DNA of 32,000 bases. Source: Candidatus Pacearchaeota archaeon. Lineage in GTDB: Archaea; Nanobdellota; Nanobdellia; Pacearchaeales; UBA284. The notes below the pieces were generated by a model. It searched no databases and was not told where the DNA came from. It was given only the letters and a program-made list of their open reading frames with translations. Each line of letters begins with the position of its first letter. The stretch's first letter is position 1. Both the position numbers and the translations under genes were made by a program. Shown in pieces: positions 1 through 9,821 of the stretch. The stretch lies in contig CP061211.1 of assembly GCA_026016245.1 (NCBI GenBank), forward strand, positions 450,001-482,000. The letters run 5' to 3'.

Positions 1-2
1 GT

Positions 3-779
3 AAAATTCCTGTGCTTATTGTTTCTATAATAAATGCTGATACTATTGGGGCATTAGCAGCATTCGTAGCTATTGCAGCCACAATTATTATATTCATTAT
101 AGTTGTTTATACCCAAGCAATAAAAGTTGAAGTTCCGCTCTCGTTTGGAAGGGTTCGTGGTTTTGGTATTAGATGGCCTCTTGCTTTCTTTTACACTAGT
201 GTTATTCCTGTTATTTTAACAGCTGCACTTCATGCAAACATAAATCTTATGGCCACTCTAGCAGAAAGAGTAGCTGGCTATGCAACTTTCCTTGGGGGTT
301 TTAGTCCTGAAGGTATTCCAATAAGTGGTCTAGCATTCTGGTTCAGTGCACCGCCAGCAGGAATTATTGAGCATATAATAAAAGGATCATTTATGCCAGT
401 TATGATATGGCAATCTTTAATGTATATCTTATTTATGGTTGCTGGCTCTGTAATGTTCTCCATTTTCTGGATGAAAACATCTGGAATGGATGCAGCAAGC
501 CAGGCTCGACAGATATCATCTTCAGGATTACAAATTCCAGGATTCAGAAGAGATAATAGAGTTATAGAAAGCATTTTATCAAGATATATCCTGCCTTTAA
601 CAGTCATGGGAGGTGCAGCAGTAGGCTTATTAGCAGCTTTATCAGATGTGACTGGAGCTTTAGTTAGGGGGACTGGTATATTACTTAGTGTTATGATAAT
701 TTATCGTTTATATGAAGAAATTGCCCAACAGCATGCTCTTGATATGCATCCTCTTGCAAGAAAATTTATTGCAACATAG
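3..779 (+). CDS. secY: Preprotein translocase subunit SecY, C-terminal part (5' truncated by the window edge)
   Basis: Open frame runs in from the left edge (KIPVLIVSIINADTIGAL...). It has the archaeal SecY C-terminal features TQAIKVEVPLSFGRVRGFGIRWPLAFFYTSVIPVI and a C-terminal LYEEIAQQHALDMHP. Stop TAG at 777-779. Confidence 0.93.
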   Translation, partial: KIPVLIVSIINADTIGALAAFVAIAATIIIFIIVVYTQAIKVEVPLSFGRVRGFGIRWPLAFFYTSVIPVILTAALHANINLMATLAERVAGYATFLGGFSPEGIPISGLAFWFSAPPAGIIEHIIKGSFMPVMIWQSLMYILFMVAGSVMFSIFWMKTSGMDAASQARQISSSGLQIPGFRRDNRVIESILSRYILPLTVMGGAAVGLLAALSDVTGALVRGTGILLSVMIIYRLYEEIAQQHALDMHPLARKFIAT

Positions 780-834
780 CATAAGATTTAAATAAAACAA
801 AATAAAAATTAGAAGATAAGATAGATAAAATAAA

Positions 835-1287
835 ATGAGTATATTTGTGGATTTTGTTCAGTGGAGCCCTTTAGCTAGCATAATCATATTTGCTTTTGTA
901 ATAACATTCATCCTCACATTTCTGTATAAAAAATTGATCAATAAAAAAAAGATGGACGAACTAAAAGAAAAACAGAAAGAAGCAAAAGAAAAAATAAAAG
1001 AATATAAGGGTAATCCTGAAAAAATGGCAGAAATTCAGAAAGAGATGATGGAGGCAAGCATGCAGAGTATGAAATTAACCCTAAAACCCATGTTAATCAC
1101 ATTCCTTCCCTTATTACTTATATTTTATGGGCTTAAAATTTTATATATGGATGCTGTAAAGGTTGGAAATATTATAGAATGGGGGACTAATCTTCCCATA
1201 ATTGGAAATGGTGCAGGTTGGCTTCTTTGTTATATTGTTTTTGGTTTTGTCTTTAGTCTGATTTTACGCAAATTATTCAAAATATAA
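835..1287 (+). CDS. DUF106/EMC3-TMCO1-like (YidC/Oxa1 superfamily) membrane insertase
   Basis: 150 aa; N-terminal TM, charged coiled-coil KKMDELKEKQKEAKEKIKEYKGNPEKMAEIQKEMMEASMQSMK, then two further TM regions. This is the typical archaeal DUF106 architecture, located directly after secY. Confidence 0.88.
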   Translation: MSIFVDFVQWSPLASIIIFAFVITFILTFLYKKLINKKKMDELKEKQKEAKEKIKEYKGNPEKMAEIQKEMMEASMQSMKLTLKPMLITFLPLLLIFYGLKILYMDAVKVGNIIEWGTNLPIIGNGAGWLLCYIVFGFVFSLILRKLFKI

Positions 1288-1288
1288 G

Positions 1289-1711
1289 ATGGATAAAGAA
1301 AATAAAGAATTTGAGAAAAAGATAATTGAGTTTAATATTCTTGATGCTAGAATTAGGGAGTTAGAGCAAAATATAGTTCTTTTGGAAAAACAAATTACAG
1401 AGATACAGAATTGTCAACTATCTCTAGATGAACTTAAGAACACAAAGGAAGGAACTGAAACATTTTCATCCATTAGTCCAGGAATCCTCGTGAAATCTAA
1501 ACTATTGGATAATTCAGAAGTTATGATGGATGTTGGAGCCAAAATTTTCTGTAAAAAAAGTGTTGATGGAGCTAAAGAAATAATACAGAAAAGATTAGAT
1601 CAGGCTCTTGAAATTCATAAAAAACTATCTGAGGAGATAACTCTATTATTACAGGAAATAACTAAGTTAGAGAAGGAGATAAGAGAAAAACAATTAAAAT
1701 CTATTTCTTAA
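1289..1711 (+). CDS. pfdA: Prefoldin alpha subunit
   Basis: 140 aa with N- and C-terminal coiled coils and a central strand region ISPGILVKSKLLDNSEVMMDVGAKIFCKKSVDGAKEIIQKR, typical of prefoldin alpha. Confidence 0.85.
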   Translation: MDKENKEFEKKIIEFNILDARIRELEQNIVLLEKQITEIQNCQLSLDELKNTKEGTETFSSISPGILVKSKLLDNSEVMMDVGAKIFCKKSVDGAKEIIQKRLDQALEIHKKLSEEITLLLQEITKLEKEIREKQLKSIS

Positions 1712-2537
1712 ACATAAAAGGATAAACTCTTCTAACCTCGCTGATAAAAGATTTTTTCATGAAAACTCCAAGCTCTGAAATTATTGCTGTAACAAGTGCT
1801 GGATCTATTTTTTCAAAAGCCATGTTAGAGATCTTAACACCTTTTGGAGGATTAGACCAAACTTCCTTAATACTTCTTTTTTCAATTTTTTCTTCTATTC
1901 CATAAATTGTTTCTGGATCAAATTTCCAAGAATCTGTTGCTACATAGAGAGGAACATCATACTTTTTCGCAATAATAGCAAAAAGTTCGCTTCCTATTTT
2001 ATTATATATTTTTGTTGGTGTAATAGCATCAGTACCATAGAAGGATATGTCAGCTTTCTTGAGAGCTATCCTTGCAGCAGAATCCACAAACATTGTAACA
2101 GGAATTCTTGCTTTAGAAAGCTGTGATGCTGTAATGCGGCCTTGATACAATGGGCGAGTTTCAGTACAATAAACCTCAAACTTTTTTCCTTGTCTTTTTG
2201 CCTCCAAGAAAATGTTTATAACAGTGCTAGAATGGCAGTGTGTGTAAATTGTCATGCCATTTTTAATAAATCTAGAACCATATTTTGATATTTTTTTCTG
2301 GCTTTCTTTGAAGTGTTCAAGAACAAATCCCACACCTTCTTTAATTGTTGGTTTAGCAAGAATAAATTTGATAGTATTTCTTAAAGTGGGTTCAGTTGGT
2401 CTTAAATTGATGAGCTTTCTTACAGCTTTCTTGTCATGTTTTATTAACAAGGCTTTTGCTGCTGCCATAGCAACATTTCTTGCTCCCTGTATTTTTACCT
2501 CTTTTATGTCTTTGCATATCTTATCAAAACGATTCAT
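1701..2537 (-). CDS. eIF-2B alpha/beta/delta-related protein, ribose-1,5-bisphosphate isomerase-like
   Basis: Motifs YTHCHSSTVINIFLEAKRQGKKFEVYCTETRPLYQGR and GTDAITPTKIYNKIGSELFAIIAKKYDVPLYVATDSWKF are characteristic of the archaeal IF-2B-like/R15Pi family. Confidence 0.88.
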   Translation of the reverse strand: MNRFDKICKDIKEVKIQGARNVAMAAAKALLIKHDKKAVRKLINLRPTEPTLRNTIKFILAKPTIKEGVGFVLEHFKESQKKISKYGSRFIKNGMTIYTHCHSSTVINIFLEAKRQGKKFEVYCTETRPLYQGRITASQLSKARIPVTMFVDSAARIALKKADISFYGTDAITPTKIYNKIGSELFAIIAKKYDVPLYVATDSWKFDPETIYGIEEKIEKRSIKEVWSNPPKGVKISNMAFEKIDPALVTAIISELGVFMKKSFISEVRRVYPFMFKK

Positions 2538-2642
2538 AAAAAAAACAAGGGAAAGGGATTAAAAAATCTTTTTATTTTAGATTTTTGGAAACCTTTTTAA
2601 AATTAAAAGAGCTGATAAAATTATAAAAGAGGTAAGAAAGGA

Positions 2643-3521
2643 ATGCTTGAGACATTAGTTAATCCTAAAAAAGCTGAAAGACGCCCATGGGAGATGTTCT
2701 TTATAGGGGCATTATATGCTACAGTTTCACTTTTTATCGCAGATTTCCTCTTCTTGAAAAATCCTGTATTTGAAAAACATATCAGCATTTTAATAGTTTT
2801 TTTCACTGTCATGTTCTCCATACCTTTTTTCTTTTACATTATTAAAATTGAAGAGGAGAAAGATACAAAAATCAAAAGCGAGAAGAAACTAATTAAGGAA
2901 CATGGAAAAGCTATCAGTGCATTACTTTTCTTATTCTTAGGTTATGTTGTTGCTTTTGCTTTATTATTTGCTTTAATGCCCATGGAAACGACAAGTACTA
3001 ATTTTAAAATCCAAGTAGAAACTTACTGTATGGTTAATGCAAGGTTTGGTTATGAGGAATGTGTTGAAGGGCATTTAACAGGAGATGCCACAGAACTACG
3101 TATGAAAGTACCAAGTATAAAAAATGGCATGTCCCGAGTTTCAACCATCCTTTCTAATAATTTTTATGTTCTTTTGTTTAGCCTTTTATTTTCATTCTTA
3201 TTCGGAGCTGGAGCAATATTCATTCTTGCTTGGAATGGAAGTGTTATTGCAGCAGCCATAGCTATATTTGCTCGTGATAATCTAGCACAACTTCCTTTAG
3301 GATTTTTACGTTACCTTATTCATGGATTGCCAGAGATTGCTTCTTATTTTATTGTGGCTCTTGCAGGTGGTATCATAGGGACAGCAGTAATAAGACATGA
3401 ATTTGGACATGAAAAGTTTTGGCATGTTCTACAAGATTCTTTAGATCTCATAATTATCGCTCTCCTTGTTCTAATAATCTCAGCATTTATGGAAGTTTTT
3501 TTAACCCCAGCTTTGTTTTAA
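2643..3521 (+). CDS. SpoIIM/DUF95 family multi-pass membrane protein
   Basis: Multi-TM protein ending with FLRYLIHGLPEIASYFIVALAGGIIGTAVI, the characteristic SpoIIM-family motif. Confidence 0.8.
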   Translation: MLETLVNPKKAERRPWEMFFIGALYATVSLFIADFLFLKNPVFEKHISILIVFFTVMFSIPFFFYIIKIEEEKDTKIKSEKKLIKEHGKAISALLFLFLGYVVAFALLFALMPMETTSTNFKIQVETYCMVNARFGYEECVEGHLTGDATELRMKVPSIKNGMSRVSTILSNNFYVLLFSLLFSFLFGAGAIFILAWNGSVIAAAIAIFARDNLAQLPLGFLRYLIHGLPEIASYFIVALAGGIIGTAVIRHEFGHEKFWHVLQDSLDLIIIALLVLIISAFMEVFLTPALF

Positions 3522-3531
3522 ATAATATAAA

Positions 3532-4776
3532 ATGAAAACACAAACACAGCTGACAAAACGAACTTTCCTTTTATGGACAGGTTTAATCCTAGCTGCCATA
3601 GGAAGCTATCTTTTCTATTTCATTATGGCTAGGATGTTAAGTGTAGAAGACTATGGGCTTCTTTATTCACTCATCGCACTTACCTATCTTTTTACAATAC
3701 CTCATGAAACTATTAGGACAGTGATATCAAAATACACAACAGAGTTTTGGGTAAAAAAAGAAAAAGGGAAGATTAAAGAATTAATGATCAAAGCAATAAA
3801 AACCATCTCTCTAATTTCAATCATTACTTTTGTGATATTTTTGCTTTTGCTTCCCTTATGGACAAAAATTTTGCACACAAATGTATGGTCCATATCCCTA
3901 ATTGGATTATCTCTATTAATCACATTCATGCTTCCGATAATTTGGGGGGTTTTACAGGGGACTAATCGTTTTGGACATCTTGGATTAAATAATTCTGCTG
4001 AGATGGTTGTCAAACTTGCTCTTGGTATAATTTTAGTGTCCATAATAGGCTTAGGAGTTAATGGAGCTATCATAGCGATTCCATTGTCTATTGCTGCTGC
4101 ATTTTTTATTGGTTTTATCCCAATTAGAGATATAATAAAGGCAAAAAAGAAACCATTTAAAGCTGAGAAGCACCTCTTTAGATATTCTATGTCTGCCTTG
4201 ATCATCTTTACCTTTTTTGTGGCTCTTTATTCAATTGATATAATCCTAGCAAGATATTTTTTCAGTCCCCTCTATGCTGGCCTTTATAGTGCAGTTTCTG
4301 TTATTAGTAAGGTTCTCTTTTTTGGATCAACAGCTATAACAAGAGTGATGTTTTCTGAGATTATTGAAAAGCATGGAAAAAAGAAGACAGAGGATAGCAG
4401 GAAAAAAAGTAGAAAAGTTTTGTTTAGATCTCTAGGCTTCCTGGCAATCATGTGCGGAATTTTCTTATTTATTGCTTTCATCTTTCCAGAATTAATTATT
4501 AATGTAGTTGTCGGTAATAGATATATTGCTGCAACACCACTTCTAAAGTACATGATGCTAGCAATGGCATTTTTTTCCTTCTCGTCATTAATTGTATTTT
4601 ATAATTTATCTATTGATTGGCATAAGAAAATTACAGCAAAAATCCTTGGAAGTGTCGCATTTTTAATGATGGCCTTCCTTATTTTGTTTCATGCAAATCT
4701 GGAACAATTTGTCAAAGTAATTTTAGCCATAAATATAGGGCTTTTCCTAGCTCTTTTAACAACGTTAAAACGTTAA
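3532..4776 (+). CDS. Polysaccharide/oligosaccharide flippase-like membrane protein (MOP superfamily)
   Basis: 414 aa, about 12 TM segments; N-terminus LAAIGSYLFYFIMARMLSVEDYGLLYSLIALTYLF is typical of Wzx/RfbX-type transporters. Confidence 0.85.
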   Translation: MKTQTQLTKRTFLLWTGLILAAIGSYLFYFIMARMLSVEDYGLLYSLIALTYLFTIPHETIRTVISKYTTEFWVKKEKGKIKELMIKAIKTISLISIITFVIFLLLLPLWTKILHTNVWSISLIGLSLLITFMLPIIWGVLQGTNRFGHLGLNNSAEMVVKLALGIILVSIIGLGVNGAIIAIPLSIAAAFFIGFIPIRDIIKAKKKPFKAEKHLFRYSMSALIIFTFFVALYSIDIILARYFFSPLYAGLYSAVSVISKVLFFGSTAITRVMFSEIIEKHGKKKTEDSRKKSRKVLFRSLGFLAIMCGIFLFIAFIFPELIINVVVGNRYIAATPLLKYMMLAMAFFSFSSLIVFYNLSIDWHKKITAKILGSVAFLMMAFLILFHANLEQFVKVILAINIGLFLALLTTLKR

Positions 4777-4823
4777 AAAAGCGTCAACAAAAAGTATAAA
4801 AGTCTGGTTAATATAATCTCAAA

Positions 4824-7613
4824 ATGGAAGGAGAGGTTAAGGAAGAAATTAAAGAGGAAATCAGAGAAGAAACTAAAGAAATCAAACAAGAACCACAAAA
4901 ACAACCAGAACAGCCCAAAATAGAAGAGATTACAGAAACAAAACCAAAAAGAAAACTATTTGCTAATATAAAATTCAAACCAGATAAAAAATTCTGGATA
5001 ATTCTTGCTTTAATCATACTTTTAATTGCTATCATATATCTAGGGGTTTGGATTAGAACTCAAAATATCCCTCAACTAAAAGATGTAACAACAGGCCAAT
5101 ATACTTTAGGTCCAGACTTAGATCCTTTCCTCTTTCTGAGACATGCTAAAGAAATTTCTGAAAACAGATTAGAAAATCCTGATATGATGAGGGCAGCACC
5201 ACTTGGAGTGCAAAATTATGCTAAAACAAGTTTGATGCCATGGGCGATAGTCTTTATTTATAAAATTTTGAATATTTTTTGGGAACCACCAACAGCAACT
5301 GTTGAATTTGCTGCAATTATTGCACCAGTCATTTTTTTTGCTTTAACATTAATTGTTTTTTTCTTTTTTATAAAAAAGCTATTCTCTTTTATAACAAATA
5401 AAAGAAATGCATTAACTATAGCTTTGATTGCAACTGTTTTTTATGCTGTAATTCCACCTATGTTGCATAGAACAACAGCAGGCATTCCTGAAATTGAAAG
5501 TCTTGGCATGCTATGGTTTTGGTGTGCATTTTTATTCTTTACTTGGGCATGGCAATCAAAAAAAATTAAAAAAATAATGCCTCTTGCAATTCTTTCTGGT
5601 ATTTTTACTGGCTTAATGATTTTCACATGGGGGGGCAATAAATACATTTTTATGACATTTGCCTTAGCGTCTTTTCTTGTTTTTTTCTTTAATAAGCAAA
5701 AAAAGAAAAATTTTCTTATTTTCACTTCATGGCTTATTCCAACCTTAATTTTTGCTTTTGCTGAAAATCCTACTTTTGAAGCTCTTACAGTAATATCTGA
5801 TACTGGTTTTGCTTCAATAATATTTTCATTATTGCTTGTTGACATGATAGTTTTTAATACAAAATTAAAAAAAATAAGAGAAAAAATAAAATTACCAGAA
5901 AGTGTAATAACCATGATTATATTAATAGTTATTGGATTTATAGGTCTTTTAATAATTAATCCAAATTTAATTTCACAAACTGCTTCTAAAGTTGTAGAAG
6001 GTTTGCTTTATCCTTTTGGCAGAGGCAGAGTGAGCTTAACAGTTGCAGAGAACAAAGCTCCTTATTTTGTTGAGGTTTTTGGAAGCTTTAGTTATCTTTT
6101 TTGGCTTTTTTTCTTTGGCACTTTACTCTTATTTTATGAAGCAACAAAACATTTTGATAATAAAAATAAAATTCTTCTAAACAGCTTTTTTATTATTTTT
6201 ATGATAACTTTTATTTTTAGTAGAATTTCACCTCAAAGCTTGCTTAATGGAGAAAATTTCATATCAAAGTTTTTATATTTTGGTGGCCTAATTATTTTTG
6301 CTTTTGTCTTGCTTTATATTTATATTAGTGCTTATGTCAGAAAAGAATATAAGATATCAGAAAATTTCAAAAACATCAATTTTTCTTATATTCTGGCTCT
6401 TGCATTTATATTCTGGATGATTGTATCAATGAGGGGAGCAATAAGACTTTTTTTTATAATAAGTCCGGCCTTGATTATTGCATCAGCCTTTTTACCAATT
6501 AAGCTAGCTGAATATAGTTTTAAAACAAAAGATAAATTATACAAGATACTTTTGTGGTGTGGTGTTATTTTAGTAGTTGTATGCTTGATTATAACTTTTA
6601 TAAATTATACAAAAAGTACAGCTCAAAGTGCAAAATATACTATTCCTGGACCTTATTATCAACAATGGCAAAAGGCAATGGAATGGGTTAGAGAAGAAAC
6701 TCCAAAAAATTCAATTTTTGCTCACTGGTGGGATTATGGTTATTGGGTGCAAACTTTAGGAGAAAGACCCACTGTTTTAGATGGAGGTCATGCATATCAT
6801 GGAGGCTTCTGGAATTATTTAATGGGAAGACATGTTTTATGTGGACAAAATGAAAATGAAGCTCTAGAATTTTTATATGCACATAATGCTTCATATCTTT
6901 TAATTGATTCAACTGAAATAGGTAAATACAGTGCTTATGGCGGTATTGGTTCTGACGAAAGTGGTTATGATAGATTAAGTTGGATAAATGCTTTTGTCCT
7001 TGATCCTACACAAACACAGGAAACAGGAAATGAAACAGCTTATGTTTATGTTGGTGGAACTATGTTTGACCAAGATGTTGAATGGGAGGGGCAGATTTTC
7101 CCAAGAGGAAAGGCAATAATAGTTGGCTTCTTACTAGTCATAGACAAAGAAACTGGAGAGATAAATGAAATTAAAAACATAGTTTATTATAATGAAAAAC
7201 AATACAGAATTCCAATAAAATATGTCTACATTAATGGGGAATTAAAAGAGCTGGAAAAGAAAGATGAAAAATTAATGAATGGGGCTCTTTATCTCATTCC
7301 AAGTGTTGGTCAGCAAATTAATAGTATGGGGGCAGCCTTATATTTAAGTGAAAAAGCATTAAATGCACAATGGGTCAAGCTTTACTTATTTGATGAAAGT
7401 GAAAATTTTGAGCTTGTTCATAGCCAAGATAATTTATTTGTTGAACAACTAAAACAGAATAATATCACTATAAGTGATATCATATATGCTGGTGGCATTC
7501 TCGGACCAATAAAAATATGGAAAATAAATTATCCTGAAAACTTTACCATTCCAGACAAAAAATTAAAAAGGTATTTACAGCCAAAAAGCGATTTGCCTTT
7601 TGATTTATGGTAA
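4824..7613 (+). CDS. aglB: Oligosaccharyltransferase AglB/STT3 family
   Basis: 929 aa; multi-TM N-terminus with DLDPFLFLRHAKEI and the catalytic-signature WWDYG in FAHWWDYGYWVQTLGERPTVLDGGHAYHGGFWNYLMG. Confidence 0.95.
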   Translation: MEGEVKEEIKEEIREETKEIKQEPQKQPEQPKIEEITETKPKRKLFANIKFKPDKKFWIILALIILLIAIIYLGVWIRTQNIPQLKDVTTGQYTLGPDLDPFLFLRHAKEISENRLENPDMMRAAPLGVQNYAKTSLMPWAIVFIYKILNIFWEPPTATVEFAAIIAPVIFFALTLIVFFFFIKKLFSFITNKRNALTIALIATVFYAVIPPMLHRTTAGIPEIESLGMLWFWCAFLFFTWAWQSKKIKKIMPLAILSGIFTGLMIFTWGGNKYIFMTFALASFLVFFFNKQKKKNFLIFTSWLIPTLIFAFAENPTFEALTVISDTGFASIIFSLLLVDMIVFNTKLKKIREKIKLPESVITMIILIVIGFIGLLIINPNLISQTASKVVEGLLYPFGRGRVSLTVAENKAPYFVEVFGSFSYLFWLFFFGTLLLFYEATKHFDNKNKILLNSFFIIFMITFIFSRISPQSLLNGENFISKFLYFGGLIIFAFVLLYIYISAYVRKEYKISENFKNINFSYILALAFIFWMIVSMRGAIRLFFIISPALIIASAFLPIKLAEYSFKTKDKLYKILLWCGVILVVVCLIITFINYTKSTAQSAKYTIPGPYYQQWQKAMEWVREETPKNSIFAHWWDYGYWVQTLGERPTVLDGGHAYHGGFWNYLMGRHVLCGQNENEALEFLYAHNASYLLIDSTEIGKYSAYGGIGSDESGYDRLSWINAFVLDPTQTQETGNETAYVYVGGTMFDQDVEWEGQIFPRGKAIIVGFLLVIDKETGEINEIKNIVYYNEKQYRIPIKYVYINGELKELEKKDEKLMNGALYLIPSVGQQINSMGAALYLSEKALNAQWVKLYLFDESENFELVHSQDNLFVEQLKQNNITISDIIYAGGILGPIKIWKINYPENFTIPDKKLKRYLQPKSDLPFDLW

Positions 7614-7632
7614 AAATATATAAAAATATAAA

Positions 7633-8634
7633 ATGATTAGCCAAGTTTTAATTACTGTTTTGTATCTTATTTTTGCATTTGTAGTTACATTGCTATTAAT
7701 AAAATGGTGGATTTCTATAGCTAAAAAAAATAAATTGCAAGGAAAGGATATGAATAAGTACAAAAAACCACTTGTTGCAGAAGCAGGAGGAATAGCTGTT
7801 GTTCTTGCTATTGTTTTTACATTATTCTTATATATATTTTTCAAAACTTTTGTATTAAAGACAGAAACACACTTTGTTGAAGTTTTTGCATTAATTGTCA
7901 CTCTCCTTTTAGCTTGTTTTATTGGTTTTATAGATGATATTCTTGGATGGAAAAAAGGTATAAGGGGGTGGAAAAGAATTTTAATGACAATTCCAATTGC
8001 AATTCCATTAATGGTTATAAATGCAGGCCATAGCACAATGTCTGTTCCTTTTTTAGGTTCTGTTGATTTTGGCCTTGTCTATCCACTTGTAATTGTTCTT
8101 GTTGGGATTATTGGGGCAACAAATGGTTTTAACTTGCTGGCTGGCTATAATGGACTTGAGGCTGGTCTAGGAATAGTAATTTTTGCTACTCTAGGAGCAA
8201 TTGCTTTTTTTGGAGGAAATGTCTGGCTAGCTTTGATAGCTGGGATAATTATTTTCTCTTTACTAGGTTTTCTAATATTTAATCAATATCCAGCAAAAAT
8301 ATTTCCAGGTGATTCTTTAACATATAGTATAGGAGCTCTAATAGCTGTTTTTGCAATACTTGGAAATATGGAAAAAGCAGCTTTCTTGCTTTTTATCCCA
8401 TTCATTATTGAAGGCATATTAAAAGCAAGGTCAAAATTTAAAGCTGAAAATTTTGGAAAGCCGAATAAAGATGGCAGTCTGGAGGTGCCTTATAAAAAAA
8501 CCTATAGCTTGACGCATGCTTCAATTTTGTTTTTGAAAAAAGTAAAAAAGAAAGCTTATGAAAAAGATGTTGTAAGGCTACTTTTGATAATTGAATTAAT
8601 TATAGCAGTTCTGATTATGGCAAGCTATGTATAA
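7633..8634 (+). CDS. Glycosyl-1-phosphate transferase, MraY/WecA/Alg7 family (dolichyl-phosphate GlcNAc-1-P transferase-like)
   Basis: Multi-TM; KKPLVAEAGGIAVVLA, FIDDILGWKKG, NGFNLLAGYNGLEAGLG and FNQYPAKIFPGDSLTYSIG match the conserved cytosolic loops of this family. Confidence 0.92.
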   Translation: MISQVLITVLYLIFAFVVTLLLIKWWISIAKKNKLQGKDMNKYKKPLVAEAGGIAVVLAIVFTLFLYIFFKTFVLKTETHFVEVFALIVTLLLACFIGFIDDILGWKKGIRGWKRILMTIPIAIPLMVINAGHSTMSVPFLGSVDFGLVYPLVIVLVGIIGATNGFNLLAGYNGLEAGLGIVIFATLGAIAFFGGNVWLALIAGIIIFSLLGFLIFNQYPAKIFPGDSLTYSIGALIAVFAILGNMEKAAFLLFIPFIIEGILKARSKFKAENFGKPNKDGSLEVPYKKTYSLTHASILFLKKVKKKAYEKDVVRLLLIIELIIAVLIMASYV

Positions 8635-8787
8635 ATTCATGAAATTTCTAGCTTATTTCTTATTATAATAGCAAGAATTACTAATTGAGATTATTCTTAC
8701 ATCATTATGCTTATCTAATTTTGATTTAATAAAAGATTACGAATTTAAAAAGATTAGTTTTATAAATTTATAAAGCAGCAGTTTAAT

Positions 8788-9783
8788 ATGAAAATTTGGA
8801 TTGATATAACCAACACACCCCATGTTCTGTTCTTCAAGCCAATTATAGAAATGCTGAGAAAAGAAAGGCATGAAGTAATAATAACCGCGAGAAAACATGC
8901 ACAAACTCTCGGCATGTTAGATTTCTTTCATCTTCCTTATGTCACAATAGGAAAACATGCTGGCAAGTCTTTGATAAAAAAGGCATTTAACACTATTCCC
9001 AGAGTTTCTTTATTAAAAAAGTTTATAAGAAAAGAAAAGCCGGATTTGGGAATATGCCACCAGTCTCCTTATCTTGTCCAGGCATGCTTTTTATTGGGTA
9101 TAAAAAGTATTTATATTTTTGACAATGAAACAGCAGCTTTGCAGAATTTGCTTTCCATACCTTTTGCTTCTAAAGTGTTATGTCTAGGAGCAATAAAGAA
9201 AAAAAGGCTTTTTGGAAAAAAGCTTATTAAATATCCTGGAGTAAAAGAAGCTGTTTACTTAACTAGCTGGAAATTTAACAAAAACATATTTAGGAAGTTG
9301 GGTCTAAACAAAAACAAAAAGATAATTGTTTTGAGACCAGAGCCTTATACTGCGGCCTATTATAAGAAAAATAAAGATATATTATTGAAATTAGTAAAAA
9401 GCATGCCAAAAGAATGGCAGGTTGTGTTAATAGCAAGAAGTGAAAAACAAAAAAAAGAATACAAAAAAATAAATCCGAACTTGATAATACCCAAAAAAGC
9501 AATTGATGGCCCTTCCTTAATTTACTATGCAGACCTCGTTATAGGTGCGGGCGGCACAATGAACAGAGAAGCTGCTGTTTTAGGCACACCAGTAATAAGT
9601 ACTTACCAGGAAAAATCGCTTGCAGTTGATGAATGGCTTATAAAAAAGGGTTTAATGATTCATTCTCTAGATCCTTCTCTTAGCTTGATAAAAAAAGTTA
9701 TGGGAAGGAAAAAGAAGAGCATGCTAAAAGAAGGCAAGCAAGCTCTAGATCTTATAATTGGAGAGATAGAAAAAACTAGATGA
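8788..9783 (+). CDS. DUF354 family (glycosyltransferase-like fold) protein
   Basis: MKIWIDITNTPHVLFFKPIIEMLRKERHEVIITARKHAQT...; GPSLIYYADLVIGAGGTMNREAAVLGTPVISTYQEKSLAVDEWLIKKGL is a DUF354 hallmark. Confidence 0.88.
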   Translation: MKIWIDITNTPHVLFFKPIIEMLRKERHEVIITARKHAQTLGMLDFFHLPYVTIGKHAGKSLIKKAFNTIPRVSLLKKFIRKEKPDLGICHQSPYLVQACFLLGIKSIYIFDNETAALQNLLSIPFASKVLCLGAIKKKRLFGKKLIKYPGVKEAVYLTSWKFNKNIFRKLGLNKNKKIIVLRPEPYTAAYYKKNKDILLKLVKSMPKEWQVVLIARSEKQKKEYKKINPNLIIPKKAIDGPSLIYYADLVIGAGGTMNREAAVLGTPVISTYQEKSLAVDEWLIKKGLMIHSLDPSLSLIKKVMGRKKKSMLKEGKQALDLIIGEIEKTR

Positions 9784-9821
9784 ACCCCCTCGCCCTAGAG
9801 GCATGTATCATATCATAAAAA

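Noticed and set aside
278-607. Minus-strand ORF of 109 aa antisense to secY
   Set aside because: Lies wholly opposite a confidently identified gene, has no recognisable domain or neighbours, and looks like a by-product of AT-rich coding sequence.
5441-5914. 157-aa minus-strand ORF inside aglB
   Set aside because: Antisense to an intact, motif-bearing aglB; low-complexity composition with no family similarity.
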